A DNA stretch of 64,000 nt from Candidatus Sysuimicrobiota bacterium (lineage in GTDB: Bacteria; Sysuimicrobiota; Sysuimicrobiia; Sysuimicrobiales; Sysuimicrobiaceae): contig PSLI01000004.1 of the NCBI GenBank assembly GCA_040289515.1, forward strand, positions 1 to 64,000, in the 5' to 3' direction. Shown here in pieces: positions 9,500-19,690 of this stretch; the stretch's first letter is position 1; each line of letters begins with the position of its first letter. Below the pieces are notes generated by a model. It was not told where the DNA came from. It made no database searches and saw nothing but the letters and a program-made list of their open reading frames with translations. Both the position numbers and the translations under genes were made by a program.

Positions 9500-10210
9500 G
9501 TGGCACCCAGAGGGGATCTAAGAGCGCTTGCAGAGGCCGCGGCTCCGGGACCCCGGAGCACCCCGGTGATGGTGGCAGAAGTCCTCCGGGAGGCTATCCT
9601 GCGGGGCATCCTCCTCGCGGGCCAGCAGCTGCGCCAGGACGAAATCGCCCGCCAACTGGGCGTAAGCCACATCCCCGTGCGCGAGGCCCTGCGGCAGTTG
9701 GAGGCCGAGGGGCTAGTACGCCTGCGCCCGTACCGCGGGTTCGAGGTCTCGGAGCTCAGCCCCGAAGAGGTGGAGGAGTTGTACGAAATTCGCATCCCCC
9801 TGGAGTGTCAGGCCCTGCGCCTAGCCATGCCCCATCTGACCCCGGACGACCTCCGGCGGGCTGCAGAGGTCCTGCAGGCTATCGACGCAGAGTCCAACCC
9901 CTCCGCCTGGAGCCAGCTGAACATGGAGTTCCATGCCATCCTGTACACGCCCTCTCGCCGGCAGCGCCTGCTGAACCTCATCCGCACCCTGCGGACCAAC
10001 GTGGACCGGTACCTGCGCCTGTACATCTCCGTGATGCACCGCAAGGAGTACTCGCAGCGGGAGCACCGGAAGATCCTGGAGGCTGTGCGCGCGCGAGACG
10101 TGGAGGCTGCTGTGGCCGCCCTGGAGGAGCACCTGGGGATTGCTTGCCGGATGTTGGTGGACTACCTGCGGCGGGAACGCCGGCCAGGGGAGCGCGGTTC
10201 GGGTGGCTAG
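9500..10210 (+). CDS. GntR-family regulator (wHTH + FCD)
   Basis: LRQDEIARQLGVSHIPVREAL..LEAEGLV; N.EFH and EH..I FCD motifs; start uncertain. Confidence 0.92.
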   Translation: MAPRGDLRALAEAAAPGPRSTPVMVAEVLREAILRGILLAGQQLRQDEIARQLGVSHIPVREALRQLEAEGLVRLRPYRGFEVSELSPEEVEELYEIRIPLECQALRLAMPHLTPDDLRRAAEVLQAIDAESNPSAWSQLNMEFHAILYTPSRRQRLLNLIRTLRTNVDRYLRLYISVMHRKEYSQREHRKILEAVRARDVEAAVAALEEHLGIACRMLVDYLRRERRPGERGSGG

Positions 10211-11183
10211 CCGATTCAAGGTGGTGGTGACGGACTCCGTCTTCCCGCACCTGGAGACGGAACGTCGCCTCCTGGGAGCCGTCGGGGCGGAGCTGGTGGC
10301 CCTGCAGGCGCGGCAGGACGAGGAGCTGGTGGAGGTCGTTCGCGACGCGGACGCCCTTCTGGTGTGCTTCGCACCCGTGACCCGTCGGGTGGTGGAGGCC
10401 GCGGCGCGGTGCCGCATCATCGCCCGCTACGGGATCGGGGTGGACAACGTAGATGTGGCGACCGCCACCGCCCGGGGGATCGTGGTGACCAACGTCCCCG
10501 ACTACTGCGTGGAGGAGGTCAGTGACCACACCCTGGCGCTCCTCCTGGCGTGCGCCCGGCGGGTGGTGTGGCTGGATCGGGCAGTGCGAGCGGGCCGGTG
10601 GGACGCCCAGGACGCGGTTCCCATCCACCGCCTGTCGGGTCAGGTGCTGGGCCTGGTGGGGTTCGGGAAAATCCCGCGGGCGGTAGCCCGAAAGGCCCGG
10701 GCCCTGGGGCTGCGGGTGCTGGCTTTCGACCCGTACGTGGAGGAGGCAGCCGTGCGGGAGTTCGGGGCGGAGGCGGTAACCTTCCGTCCCCTGCTGGAGC
10801 GGTCCGATTACGTGTCGGTGCACGCGCCGCTTACACCGCAGACGCAGGGGTTGCTGGACGAGGCGGCCTTTCGCTGGATGAAGCCCACGGCCTACCTGAT
10901 CAACACCGCGCGCGGCCGTATCGTGGACGAGCGGGCGCTGGTGGACGTCCTGCGGGCGGGACGTATCGCGGGGGCGGCCCTGGACGTGTACGAGCGGGAG
11001 CCGGAGGTTACCCCCGCTCTGAAGGAGCTCCCCAACGTGGTTTTGACCCCGCACATCGGGAGCGCGGCACGGGACACCCGGGAGCAGATCGCGCACATCG
11101 TGGTGGACAACATTCTGGAGTTCCTGGCCGGCCGCCGCCCCCACTACGTGGCCAACCCCGAGGTGTTGGAAGGCGAAGGGTGA
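10203..11183 (+). CDS. D-2-hydroxyacid dehydrogenase (CtBP-like N-terminal part)
   Basis: RYGIGVDNVD, NVPDYCVEEVSDH, GLVGFGKI, INTARG, LDVYERE, TPHIGS. Confidence 0.92.
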   Translation: MASRFKVVVTDSVFPHLETERRLLGAVGAELVALQARQDEELVEVVRDADALLVCFAPVTRRVVEAAARCRIIARYGIGVDNVDVATATARGIVVTNVPDYCVEEVSDHTLALLLACARRVVWLDRAVRAGRWDAQDAVPIHRLSGQVLGLVGFGKIPRAVARKARALGLRVLAFDPYVEEAAVREFGAEAVTFRPLLERSDYVSVHAPLTPQTQGLLDEAAFRWMKPTAYLINTARGRIVDERALVDVLRAGRIAGAALDVYEREPEVTPALKELPNVVLTPHIGSAARDTREQIAHIVVDNILEFLAGRRPHYVANPEVLEGEG

Positions 11184-11194
11184 GGGGGGTCCAG

Positions 11195-11810
11195 ATGGCG
11201 ACGGAGCTGACCGCGCGTCACGGCCTGTTCTGGGGAGGGGCGTTTTGCGAGCCACGTTCGGGGAAGTTCTACGAGCTTCGGTACCCCGCGGACCAGCGCC
11301 TGGTGGCGGGGGGGGCGGAGGCGGGTCCGGAGGACGTGGCGGACGCGGTGACGGCCGCCGAAGAGGCCCTTGGGGGACTGGGGTCGTCTCGGGCCCGAGC
11401 AGCGGGGCAAGCTCCTCTACCGCCTCGCGGACCTGCTGGAGCGCGAGGCGGACCGCCCGGCGGAGCTGGAGACCCTTTGCAACGGCCGGCCCATCCGGGA
11501 AATGCGGGCGCAGCCGCCCATCATCCCCTCCTGGTACCGGTACTTCGCGGGGATGGTGGACAAACTGGAGGGTCAGATGGTCTCCGGGGGAGATGCCTGG
11601 CTCAACGACGTAATCTGGGTGTCGTTGGGCGTGGTGGCGCAGATCACACCGTGGAACCACCCGCTCCTCATCGGCACCAAGAAAATCGCGCCGGCGCTGG
11701 CGGCGGGAGAACGGGTGGGAGACCATGCGGGAGTACATGGATACCAAGAGCGTGTGGGTGCGGTTGGACCCCACCCCATTCGACTGGTTCTCGGACGAAC
11801 CCGCGGAGCG
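11195..11810 (+). pseudogene. Aldehyde dehydrogenase pseudogene (frameshift plus large internal deletion)
   Basis: N-terminus in one frame, shift near the G-run at about 11372; ITPWNHP..KKIAPALAAG then jumps directly to C-terminal RENGWETMREYMDTKSVWV in another frame; catalytic Glu/Cys region absent. Confidence 0.88.
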
Positions 11811-11848
11811 CATGCGGATTCCCCTTTGGTCTGACATATGGCAAGGCG

Positions 11849-11877
11849 ATTGTAGACGGGCTGCCGGCGCGTGTCAA
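11849..11877 (-). promoter_or_regulatory. Near-consensus sigma70 promoter, divergent from the FadR gene, with no intact cognate gene
   Basis: Minus strand TTGACA (11872-11877), 17 bp, TACAAT (11849-11854). Confidence 0.75.
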
Positions 11878-11934
11878 GCTGGCAAGTGTATCTTGAAGCA
11901 CCCCATACTTGTGGTAGGCTAGGAACGTGACCGT

Positions 11935-12645
11935 ATGATCAGGCCAAACGTCCTGGGGCGACCTACCGCCGTAGAGGCGGTGCTGCAGAAGCTGGAGCGC
12001 CTGGTGGCAGAGGGGCGGCTTCCCGGTAGGCGACTGCCCCCGGAGCGCGAGCTGGCAGCACAGTTGCAGACCAGCCGTGCCACCCTGCGGGAAGCTCTGC
12101 GTGTGTTGCGCTCCCTAGGGGTGGTGGAGGCCGCTCCCCGACGGGGCACGCGTCTGGTGAACCCCCTGCCCCTGCCCTTGAAACTGGCCCTGCCGGACCT
12201 GGCACGGTTCGCCAACCCCGCGGAGATCCTGGAGGCGCGGCTTGTAGTGGAACCCGTGGTGACGGCGCTGGCAGCGGTGCGATCGAGCCCCGCGGACTGG
12301 CAGCGGCTGGAGGCGTGTGTTGCGGAGGGGCGCCGCGCGCGCACGCTGGCCGGGTTCGAACGACAGGACCGGGAGTTCCACGTGCGTCTGGCGGAGTGTG
12401 CGGGTAACCCGCCCTTGGCCTTCTTCTCCACCCTGCTGCAGGGGATCCGGGACGAGGCCACGTGGGGCGAGCTCAAGCGGAAGGATCTGGCCCAACCGGG
12501 GCACCGGGAGGCCTACGTGGAGGATCACGCGGCGATTCTGGCCGCCCTGCGGGCCCGCAACGCGGAGGAAGCCCGGGACCGCATGCGGCTGCACCTGCTG
12601 CGGGTCCAAGAGAACCTGTTCGGGGCCGCCGCCCGGTCCATCTGA
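11935..12645 (+). CDS. FadR/GntR-family regulator
   Basis: RLPPERELAAQLQTSRATLREAL; EAR..VE, DREFH..LA..GN, DH..I. Confidence 0.92.
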   Translation: MIRPNVLGRPTAVEAVLQKLERLVAEGRLPGRRLPPERELAAQLQTSRATLREALRVLRSLGVVEAAPRRGTRLVNPLPLPLKLALPDLARFANPAEILEARLVVEPVVTALAAVRSSPADWQRLEACVAEGRRARTLAGFERQDREFHVRLAECAGNPPLAFFSTLLQGIRDEATWGELKRKDLAQPGHREAYVEDHAAILAALRARNAEEARDRMRLHLLRVQENLFGAAARSI

Positions 12646-12667
12646 CCCATCTGGATCGGAGGCGCGT

Positions 12668-13402
12668 ATGAAGCGAGCACGCGTTTGGTTCCACGGACAG
12701 GCTCACGAAGCACGCATCGAGGGAGACGTGGCAGTGCTGGCCTCTGGCCAGCGGGTGGCCCGGGGGGAGGTCCGGCTGCTGCCTCCTACCCTACCCACCA
12801 AGATCATCTGCGTGGGGTTCAACTACCGCGACCACGCGCAGGAACTGCAGGTGGAGATTCCCAAGGAGCCCCTGTTCTTCCTCAAACCTCCCAGCGCCCT
12901 GGTAGCACCCGGGGAACCCATCGTGTACCCGGCGCACACCTGGCGGCTGGACTACGAGGGGGAGCTGGCGGTGGTCATCGGGCAACGCTGCCGCCACGTG
13001 GGCCCGGAGGAGGCACGGGAAGTGATCCTGGGCTACTCGGTCCTGAACGACATCACAGCCCGGGACGTGCAGAAGGGGGAAAGGCAGTGGGTGCGCGCTA
13101 AGGCCTTCGATGGCTCTGCGCCGTACGGGCCATGGGTAGAGACCGAACTGGACCCCACCGACGTGCGCCTGGTCACCCGCGTGAACGGCGAGGTACGCCA
13201 AGACTCCTCCACCCGCAACATGATCTTCGACGTGTTCGAGCTGGTGGCGGAGGCTTCCCGGTACATGACCCTGGAGCCTGGGGACGTGATCGCCACGGGG
13301 ACACCGCCGGGAGTGGGACCGGTGCAACCCGGGGACGTGGTGGAGATCACCGTCGAGGGGGTGGGGACGCTGGTGAACCCGGTGGTGGCGGGGCCCCGGT
13401 GA
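12668..13402 (+). CDS. Fumarylacetoacetate hydrolase family protein
   Basis: KIICVGFNYRDH, FFLKP, DYEGEL, NDITARD, TLEPGDVIATGTP. Confidence 0.93.
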   Translation: MKRARVWFHGQAHEARIEGDVAVLASGQRVARGEVRLLPPTLPTKIICVGFNYRDHAQELQVEIPKEPLFFLKPPSALVAPGEPIVYPAHTWRLDYEGELAVVIGQRCRHVGPEEAREVILGYSVLNDITARDVQKGERQWVRAKAFDGSAPYGPWVETELDPTDVRLVTRVNGEVRQDSSTRNMIFDVFELVAEASRYMTLEPGDVIATGTPPGVGPVQPGDVVEITVEGVGTLVNPVVAGPR

Positions 13403-13481
13403 GCCTTCCGGCCCGGAGGTCGGCGGTTACGGCCTCAGGAGGGTATGAGGAGACCAGGACGCAACAGGCTTCGGAGATACG

Positions 13482-13557
<76 letters not shown>

Positions 13558-13638
13558 ACGCGCCCAGGATTGTACCACACCCAGGCCCCCGCGGGCGCCG
13601 GCGGCGTATCATGGAAGCCGGAAGACCAGGAGGCGGCG

Positions 13639-14115
13639 ATGCTGGAACCGGGTGCGCCGGCACCGGAGTTTGAGCTGGTGGATCAAGCGGGCCAACGGGT
13701 GCGGCTCCGAGACTTCCGGGGCCGCCGCGTGGTCCTGTACTTCTATCCCAAGGACGGCACCCCCGGCTGCACCCGGGAGGCTTGCTCGTTTCGGGACGTA
13801 CACGGCCAGCTGCAGCGGGCGGGGGTGGTGGTGCTGGGCGTGAGCCCCGACAGCCCGGAGTCCCACACCAGGTTCCGAGAACGTCACAACCTGCCCTTCC
13901 CCCTGCTATCGGACCCCCAGGGGCAGGCGGCGCGGGTGTATGGGGCGTGGGGCCAGAAGACCATGTACGGCCGGAAGCGCTGGGGGGTGGTGCGGACCAC
14001 CTTCCTCATCGGCCCGGACGGGCGGATCGAACGCGTGTGGCGCCGGGTCAGGCCCGACGGCCACGGCGCGGAAGTCCTGGCCGCGCTCCAGGCCGAATCG
14101 CGGGAGGGGGCATGA
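13639..14115 (+). CDS. bcp: Thioredoxin-dependent peroxiredoxin Bcp
   Basis: LYFYPKDGTPGCTREAC, GVSPD, LLSD, RTTFLI. Confidence 0.95.
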   Translation: MLEPGAPAPEFELVDQAGQRVRLRDFRGRRVVLYFYPKDGTPGCTREACSFRDVHGQLQRAGVVVLGVSPDSPESHTRFRERHNLPFPLLSDPQGQAARVYGAWGQKTMYGRKRWGVVRTTFLIGPDGRIERVWRRVRPDGHGAEVLAALQAESREGA

Positions 14116-16427
14116 GGCACCAACCCGTGCGGCGGAGGTCGAGCGGCCGCCGGCGTTGGACCCGGTGGCTGGCCGCGGGGCTGGTAGCGCTGGCTGCAGC
14201 GGCCACCGTCGCAACCGTGAGCCTGGCCGTCCTGGTCAGCACGCTGCGAGCCAGCCTGCCGGACTTGGCTACCCTGTACCAGCCCCCGAACCAGGCCACG
14301 CGCATCTACGCGGCGGACGGGGAACTCATTGCCAGCCTGTACCGGGAGAACCGGGCGTCCGTGCGCCTGGAGGCCATCCCGGAGGTTCTGCAGCAGGCGG
14401 TGGTGGCCATCGAGGACGAACGGTTCTACCAGCACCGGGGCGTGGATCCGCGGGGCATCCTACGGGCTACCTGGCGGAACCTGACCCGGCAAGCGGTGGT
14501 CGAGGGTGGCAGCACCATCACCCAGCAGCTGGCCCGCAACCTGTTCCTCAGCCCGCGGCGGAGCCTGGACCGCAAGCTGCAGGAGATGCTCCTGGCGGTG
14601 GAGATTGAGCGCCGGCTCACCAAGCAGGAGATCCTCGAGCGTTACCTCAACCAGGTGTACTTCGGCAACGGTGCGTACGGCGTGGAGATGGCCGCCCGCC
14701 TGTTCTTCGGCAAGAGCGTGCGCGCCCTGACTCTTCCGGAGGCAGCCCTGCTGGCGGGCGTCATCCAGGCCCCCTCACGGTATTCGCCCTTCGACCACTT
14801 CCCGCTGGCCAAGCGGCGGCAGGAGGTGGTGCTGGATCGCATGGTGGAGCTGGGCTTCCTAAGCCGGGAGGAGGCGGAGGAGGCCAAGAAGGCACCCCTG
14901 CGCCTGAACCCGGGCCCGCGAAATCTGGGCCTGGTGGGGGTTCGGGCCCCATACTTCGTCTCGTACATCCTTCCCTACCTGGTGGAGCGGCACGGGGAGG
15001 ACGCCGTGTACAACGGCGGCCTGCAGGTGTACACCACCCTGGATCCTCGTCTGCAGGCGCTCGCGCAGCAGGTGATCACCCAAGGCGTGGAGGAGGCGCG
15101 TCGTGCCGGACTGCGGGTGACCCAGGGGGCTCTCGTGGCCCTGGAGCCCGGCTCGGGCAGGATCCTGGCGATGGTGGGCGGGGTGAACTTCCAGCGATCC
15201 CAGTTCAACCGGGCCTGGCAGTCTCGGCGTCAGCCCGGCTCCGCCTTCAAGCCCTTCGTGTACACCGCGGCCCTGGAAGCCGGCGTCTCACCCGACCGGG
15301 TTCTCCTGGACGCCCCGGTGGGGTACCGGATCGCGGGGTGGGGTTACTGGTGGCCGAAGAATTACGATGGCACGTACTGGGGCCCTGTCTCCCTGCGGGT
15401 GGCGCTGGAGCAGTCCCGGAACATCCCCGCCGTGCGCATGCTGGCGGAGCTGGGGCCTCAGGCGGTGATCGATACCGCGCGGCGCATGGGGATCCGCAGC
15501 CCCCTGCAGCCCAACCTGTCCTTGGCGCTGGGAACCTCGGAGGTGACGCCTCTGGAGATGGCCGCGGCGTTTGCCACCCTGGCTGCGGGGGGCGTGTACG
15601 CGGAGCCCGTGGCCATTACCAAGGTGCTGGACGCCAAGGGGCGCGTGCTGGAGGAGGTCCGGCCCCAGCGGCGCCTGGCCCTGCGCCCGGAGGTGGCCTA
15701 CCTGATGACGGACCTTCTGCGGGGCGTGATCCTGCGGGGCACTGGTCGGGCCGCGGATCCAGGTCGGCCCGCGGCGGGTAAGACGGGGACCACGGACGAT
15801 TATCGGAATGCGTGGTTTGTGGGCTACACCCCGGAGCTGGCGGTGGCGGTGTGGGTGGGCAACGACGACAACAGCCCCACCAACCGCGTGGTCGGAGGGT
15901 CGGTACCCGCACGGCTGTGGGCTCGGTTCGTCAGGCGAGCCCTGGCGGGCAGGCCCCCCGCGAACTTCCCGGTGCCCCCGGGAATCGTGCACGTACCGGT
16001 GTGCATGCAGGAACGTGCGGACGGCACGTGCGAGCGGCAGGCGTGGCGGGCGATCCTGCGGGAGCAGCAGGCTTCCCCACCTCCCAGTCCGGAAGCGGTC
16101 CAGGTCCCGCCCCCGGAGGATGCCTCCGTGCGGGCTCCGTCAGTAGTGCTGCTCCAACCGCAGCAGGGAGCTCCGGTAACATCCCCCTTTTTGGTGGAGG
16201 GCCGGGCCTGGCCCGGCGCCCGGGTGCGTTTGCGGGTCGTCATGGAGGGAGGCCCCGCACCGGTCACGGTGGTGGACACGCAGCTTTCCGCGGGGCCGGA
16301 CGGCTTCTTCGCGTACACCGTGGAGTCAGCGCTGCGGTTTTCCGGGGCCCGGTACCGCATCGCGGCGGAGGCCACGGGACCCCAGGGTACCGTGGCAAGC
16401 GCCGCGGTGACGGCGCAGGAACGCTAG
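14112..16427 (+). CDS. Class A penicillin-binding protein (PBP1A family) with Pro-rich linker and C-terminal beta domain
   Basis: N-terminal TM; EDERFYQHRG, GGSTITQQL, YLNQVYFG; SAFK, SRN, KTG. Confidence 0.95.
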   Translation: MRHQPVRRRSSGRRRWTRWLAAGLVALAAAATVATVSLAVLVSTLRASLPDLATLYQPPNQATRIYAADGELIASLYRENRASVRLEAIPEVLQQAVVAIEDERFYQHRGVDPRGILRATWRNLTRQAVVEGGSTITQQLARNLFLSPRRSLDRKLQEMLLAVEIERRLTKQEILERYLNQVYFGNGAYGVEMAARLFFGKSVRALTLPEAALLAGVIQAPSRYSPFDHFPLAKRRQEVVLDRMVELGFLSREEAEEAKKAPLRLNPGPRNLGLVGVRAPYFVSYILPYLVERHGEDAVYNGGLQVYTTLDPRLQALAQQVITQGVEEARRAGLRVTQGALVALEPGSGRILAMVGGVNFQRSQFNRAWQSRRQPGSAFKPFVYTAALEAGVSPDRVLLDAPVGYRIAGWGYWWPKNYDGTYWGPVSLRVALEQSRNIPAVRMLAELGPQAVIDTARRMGIRSPLQPNLSLALGTSEVTPLEMAAAFATLAAGGVYAEPVAITKVLDAKGRVLEEVRPQRRLALRPEVAYLMTDLLRGVILRGTGRAADPGRPAAGKTGTTDDYRNAWFVGYTPELAVAVWVGNDDNSPTNRVVGGSVPARLWARFVRRALAGRPPANFPVPPGIVHVPVCMQERADGTCERQAWRAILREQQASPPPSPEAVQVPPPEDASVRAPSVVLLQPQQGAPVTSPFLVEGRAWPGARVRLRVVMEGGPAPVTVVDTQLSAGPDGFFAYTVESALRFSGARYRIAAEATGPQGTVASAAVTAQER

Positions 16428-16454
16428 CGGGGACGCAAGGCGAGGTGAGGACCC

Positions 16455-17201
16455 ATGGCAGGCCACTCCAAGTGGCACAACATCCGCATCAAGAAGGAGA
16501 AGATGGACAAGGTGCGGGGACGGCTGTTCAGCAAGCTGACCCGGGAGATCATCGTGGCCGCGCGGGAGGGAGGGGGCAACCCCGACACCAACGTACGGCT
16601 CCGCAGCGCCATCGACCGGGCCCGGGACGCCGGGATGCCCAACGAGAACATCCAGCGGGCTATCGCCCGGGGCACGGGGGCCGTGAGCGGCGAGCACTAC
16701 GAGGAGGTGACCTACGAGGGCTACGGGCCCGGCGGAGTCGCTATTCTGGTCCGGGCAGCCACCGACAACCGCAACCGTACCGCCGCGGAGGTGCGGGCCG
16801 TGTTCCACCGCTACGAAGGGAGCTTGGCGGAAGCGGGTGCGGTAGCGTGGATGTTCGACCTGAAGGGCGTCATCCAGGTGGAGCGGCCGAAGGTCTCCGA
16901 GGACCAGCTGATGCTGCAGGCCCTGGAGGCGGGGGCGGAGGACGTACGAGGGGAGGGGGATACCTACGACGTGCTCACTGCACCGGAGGACCTGGGGCGC
17001 GTGCGGGACGCCCTCGTGAAGGCGGGCATCCCCGTCACCCGGGCGGAGCTCCAGCAGGTGCCCAAGACCACCGTGCCCGTCTCGGGGCCGGAGGCAGAAC
17101 GGGTGCTGCGCCTGCTGGACGCCCTTGAGGACCTGGATGACGTGCAGCAAGTGTACGCCAACTTCGACATCCCAGAGGAGATCCTTCAGCGGGTGGGCTA
17201 G
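16455..17201 (+). CDS. yebC: YebC/PmpR family protein
   Basis: MAGHSKWHNI, YEGYGPGG, TDNRNRT, DDVQQVYAN. Confidence 0.97.
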   Translation: MAGHSKWHNIRIKKEKMDKVRGRLFSKLTREIIVAAREGGGNPDTNVRLRSAIDRARDAGMPNENIQRAIARGTGAVSGEHYEEVTYEGYGPGGVAILVRAATDNRNRTAAEVRAVFHRYEGSLAEAGAVAWMFDLKGVIQVERPKVSEDQLMLQALEAGAEDVRGEGDTYDVLTAPEDLGRVRDALVKAGIPVTRAELQQVPKTTVPVSGPEAERVLRLLDALEDLDDVQQVYANFDIPEEILQRVG

Positions 17202-17272
17202 GCAGTTTCCGGAAGCCACCTTCGGGCGGAAAGCAGGCGTCCCAGCCCCCGCCGCAGAATTCCCGTTCGAGG

Positions 17273-17770
17273 ATGTTGGTCGTGGGACTGGATCCCGGCT
17301 GGCGGTGCACCGGCTACGCGGTGGTGCAGGGGAGCGCCGCAGGCCTGTGGGTGCGGGAGTTGGGGGTGCTGCGGACAGAGGCGACGGACCTTTCGGCGCG
17401 GCTGCGGGAAGTGTACCGGGAGGCCGTGGGGCTGCTGCGGGAGGCCAGGCCGCAGGTGGTGGCGCTCGAGGATTTGTTCAGCCATGCGCACCACCCCCGC
17501 ACCGCGGTGCTCATGGGACACGTGCGGGGGGTTTTGTGCCTGGCGGCCGCGGAGTTTGGGGCGCAGGTACGCACATTGGCCCCCGCGGAGGTGAAGGGCG
17601 CGGTGTGCGGCAACGGGCGCGCCACCAAGGCGCAGGTGCAGGCAGCCGTCCGGGCGTCTCTAGGAGTGCAGGAGGCGTTGGACCCGCACGCGGCGGACGC
17701 CCTGGCCCTGGCGGTTACGATCCTCGCGCGGTCGGGGTTCCCCGTAAGGACCCCGGGGGTGGCGCGGTGA
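17273..17770 (+). CDS. ruvC: Holliday junction resolvase RuvC
   Basis: GLDPG..TGY, ALE, VK.AV.GNGRATK.QV, AADALALA. Confidence 0.95.
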   Translation: MLVVGLDPGWRCTGYAVVQGSAAGLWVRELGVLRTEATDLSARLREVYREAVGLLREARPQVVALEDLFSHAHHPRTAVLMGHVRGVLCLAAAEFGAQVRTLAPAEVKGAVCGNGRATKAQVQAAVRASLGVQEALDPHAADALALAVTILARSGFPVRTPGVAR

Positions 17771-18399
17771 TCGCCTTCCTGAAGGGGAGGGTGGTTCAGC
17801 GAGGGGAGGGGACCCTCGTGGTGGAGTGCGGGGGGGTGGGCTACGAGGTGGCCTTACCCGCCTACCTGGCGGACCAGTGGAACCCCCGGGAAGGCGACAC
17901 GGTGGAGCTGCACGTTTCCTACCAGGTAAGTGCCAACCATCCCAAACCCCTGCTCGTGGGGTTCCTGCGCCGGGCGGAGCAGGAGTTCTTCGAGCGGTTC
18001 ATCACCGTGGACGGCATGGGGCCCACCCGGGCTGTGCGGGCCATGTCCCGGCCGGTGCACGAGATCGCGGACGCCATCGAGCGGCGGGACGTAAGCTTCC
18101 TCAAGCGGCTGCCGGGGCTGGGCGAGCGCACGGCCCAGAAAGTGGTGGCTTCCCTACACGGGAAGGTGGCCAAGTACGCCCTCCTGCGGGAGGACCTGCC
18201 CCCGGGCCCTGCGGGCGCTGCGGACTTCCGGGAGGAGGTCCTGGAGGTGCTGACCCGGCAGCTGGGGCACCGGCCCGCGGAGGCGCGGCGCATGGTGGAG
18301 GAGGCGCTGCGCCGCAACCCGGCCATCTCCAGCACGGAGGAGCTGTTCCAGGAGGTCTACCGGGCCCAGCGCCAGCACGTACCTGAGGAGGCTACGTGA
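17767..18399 (+). CDS. ruvA: Holliday junction branch migration protein RuvA
   Basis: [29 protein letters not shown]; position between ruvC and ruvB. Confidence 0.92.
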   Translation: MIAFLKGRVVQRGEGTLVVECGGVGYEVALPAYLADQWNPREGDTVELHVSYQVSANHPKPLLVGFLRRAEQEFFERFITVDGMGPTRAVRAMSRPVHEIADAIERRDVSFLKRLPGLGERTAQKVVASLHGKVAKYALLREDLPPGPAGAADFREEVLEVLTRQLGHRPAEARRMVEEALRRNPAISSTEELFQEVYRAQRQHVPEEAT

Positions 18400-19424
18400 G
18401 CCGCGAACGGTTCTCCACCAGCCAGCTTCCCCCAGAGGAGCTCAACTTCCTGCGCCAGCTCCGTCCCCGCAGCCTGGACGAGTGCGTGGGGCAGACGAAG
18501 GTGCGGGAGGGGCTTCGGATCGCCATCCAGGCCGCGCGGGCCCGCGGGGAGCCGTTGGACCACATCCTGCTGCACGGACCCCCCGGCCTGGGGAAGACCA
18601 CCCTGGCCAACGTGGTGGCTGGGGAGATGGGTGCCAAGCTGGTTCAGACCTCGGGCCCGGCCCTGGAGCGGGGTGGGGACCTGATGGGGATCCTCACCAA
18701 CCTGGAGTACGGGGATGTGCTGTTCGTGGACGAGATCCATCGCCTGCCGCGGGTCGTGGAAGAGTTCCTGTACCCGGCCATGGAGGACTTCTGCGTGCAC
18801 TTCGTCCTGGACAGGGGCGTACACGCTCGGACCCTGCGGTACACCCTGAAGCCCTTTACCCTCATCGGGGCCACCACCCGCGCGGGCCTGCTCACCTCGC
18901 CCCTGCGGGAACGGTTCGGCATCTTTTACCACCTCGACTTTTACTCCCAGGAGGAGCTCAGCCAGCTGGTGTGCCGGTCTGCCCGCATCTTGGGCGTGCC
19001 CATCACCGACGGCGGCGCGCGGGAGATCGCCCGTAGGTCCCGGGGTACCCCCCGTGTGGCCAACCGCCTGCTCCGCCGCGTGCGGGACTACGCCCAGGTG
19101 CGGTGCGAGGGCCGCGTGACGGAGGAGGTGGCGCGGGAGGCGCTGGAGTTCGAAGGGGTGGACGAGGTAGGCCTAGATGCCTTCGACCGGGAACTGCTGC
19201 GGGTGGTGGCGGAGGTGTACGGGGGCGGGCCGGTGGGGGTGGAGGCGCTGGCCGCCACCCTCAACGAGGAGCCCGACACGCTGGTGGAGGTGGTGGAGCC
19301 CTACCTGCTCAAGATCGGCTTTCTGACCCGGACGCCTGCGGGCCGACGGATCACCCCCGCAGCCTACGCGCATCTGGGCCTGCCCCTTCCCGGGGACGTC
19401 CGGAGCCAGGGTACGTTATTCTAG
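18396..19424 (+). CDS. ruvB: Holliday junction helicase RuvB
   Basis: [33 protein letters not shown]. Confidence 0.98.
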   Translation: MSRERFSTSQLPPEELNFLRQLRPRSLDECVGQTKVREGLRIAIQAARARGEPLDHILLHGPPGLGKTTLANVVAGEMGAKLVQTSGPALERGGDLMGILTNLEYGDVLFVDEIHRLPRVVEEFLYPAMEDFCVHFVLDRGVHARTLRYTLKPFTLIGATTRAGLLTSPLRERFGIFYHLDFYSQEELSQLVCRSARILGVPITDGGAREIARRSRGTPRVANRLLRRVRDYAQVRCEGRVTEEVAREALEFEGVDEVGLDAFDRELLRVVAEVYGGGPVGVEALAATLNEEPDTLVEVVEPYLLKIGFLTRTPAGRRITPAAYAHLGLPLPGDVRSQGTLF

Positions 19425-19442
19425 GACCCGCTTGCGGGTTTT
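19425..19442 (+). terminator. Possible intrinsic terminator after ruvB
   Basis: GACCCG-CTTG-CGGGTT hairpin with short T tail. Confidence 0.4.
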
Positions 19443-19471
19443 ACCGGACAGCAACGCCGCGGAGGGAGGCC

Positions 19472-19690
19472 ATGGCCGATCTGGGTCGTTTGCTGATGGT
19501 TTTCGGCGTGATCCTGGTGCTCGTGGGTCTGTTCTTCGTGCTGGTGCCCCGCGCAAGCCTTCCGCGCCTTCCGGGGGACATCCTCATCCAGCGGGACGGC
19601 TTCACCTTTTACTTCCCCGTGGTAACCAGCATCGTCATCAGCGTGGTCCTGACCTTGCTCCTCAACGCCTTGTGGTGGGCCAAGCGGTGA
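19472..19690 (+). CDS. DUF2905 small membrane protein
   Basis: RLPGDI, FYFPVVTSIVISVVLT; usual position after ruvB. Confidence 0.9.
   Translation: MADLGRLLMVFGVILVLVGLFFVLVPRASLPRLPGDILIQRDGFTFYFPVVTSIVISVVLTLLLNALWWAKR

Noticed and set aside
11370..11380. Programmed frameshift or phase variation in the ALDH G-run
   Set aside because: The gene also lacks its catalytic core, so restoring frame would not give an enzyme
19452..19461. GC-AACGCC-GC as an ANTAR target hairpin
   Set aside because: Only a 2-bp stem and no second hairpin
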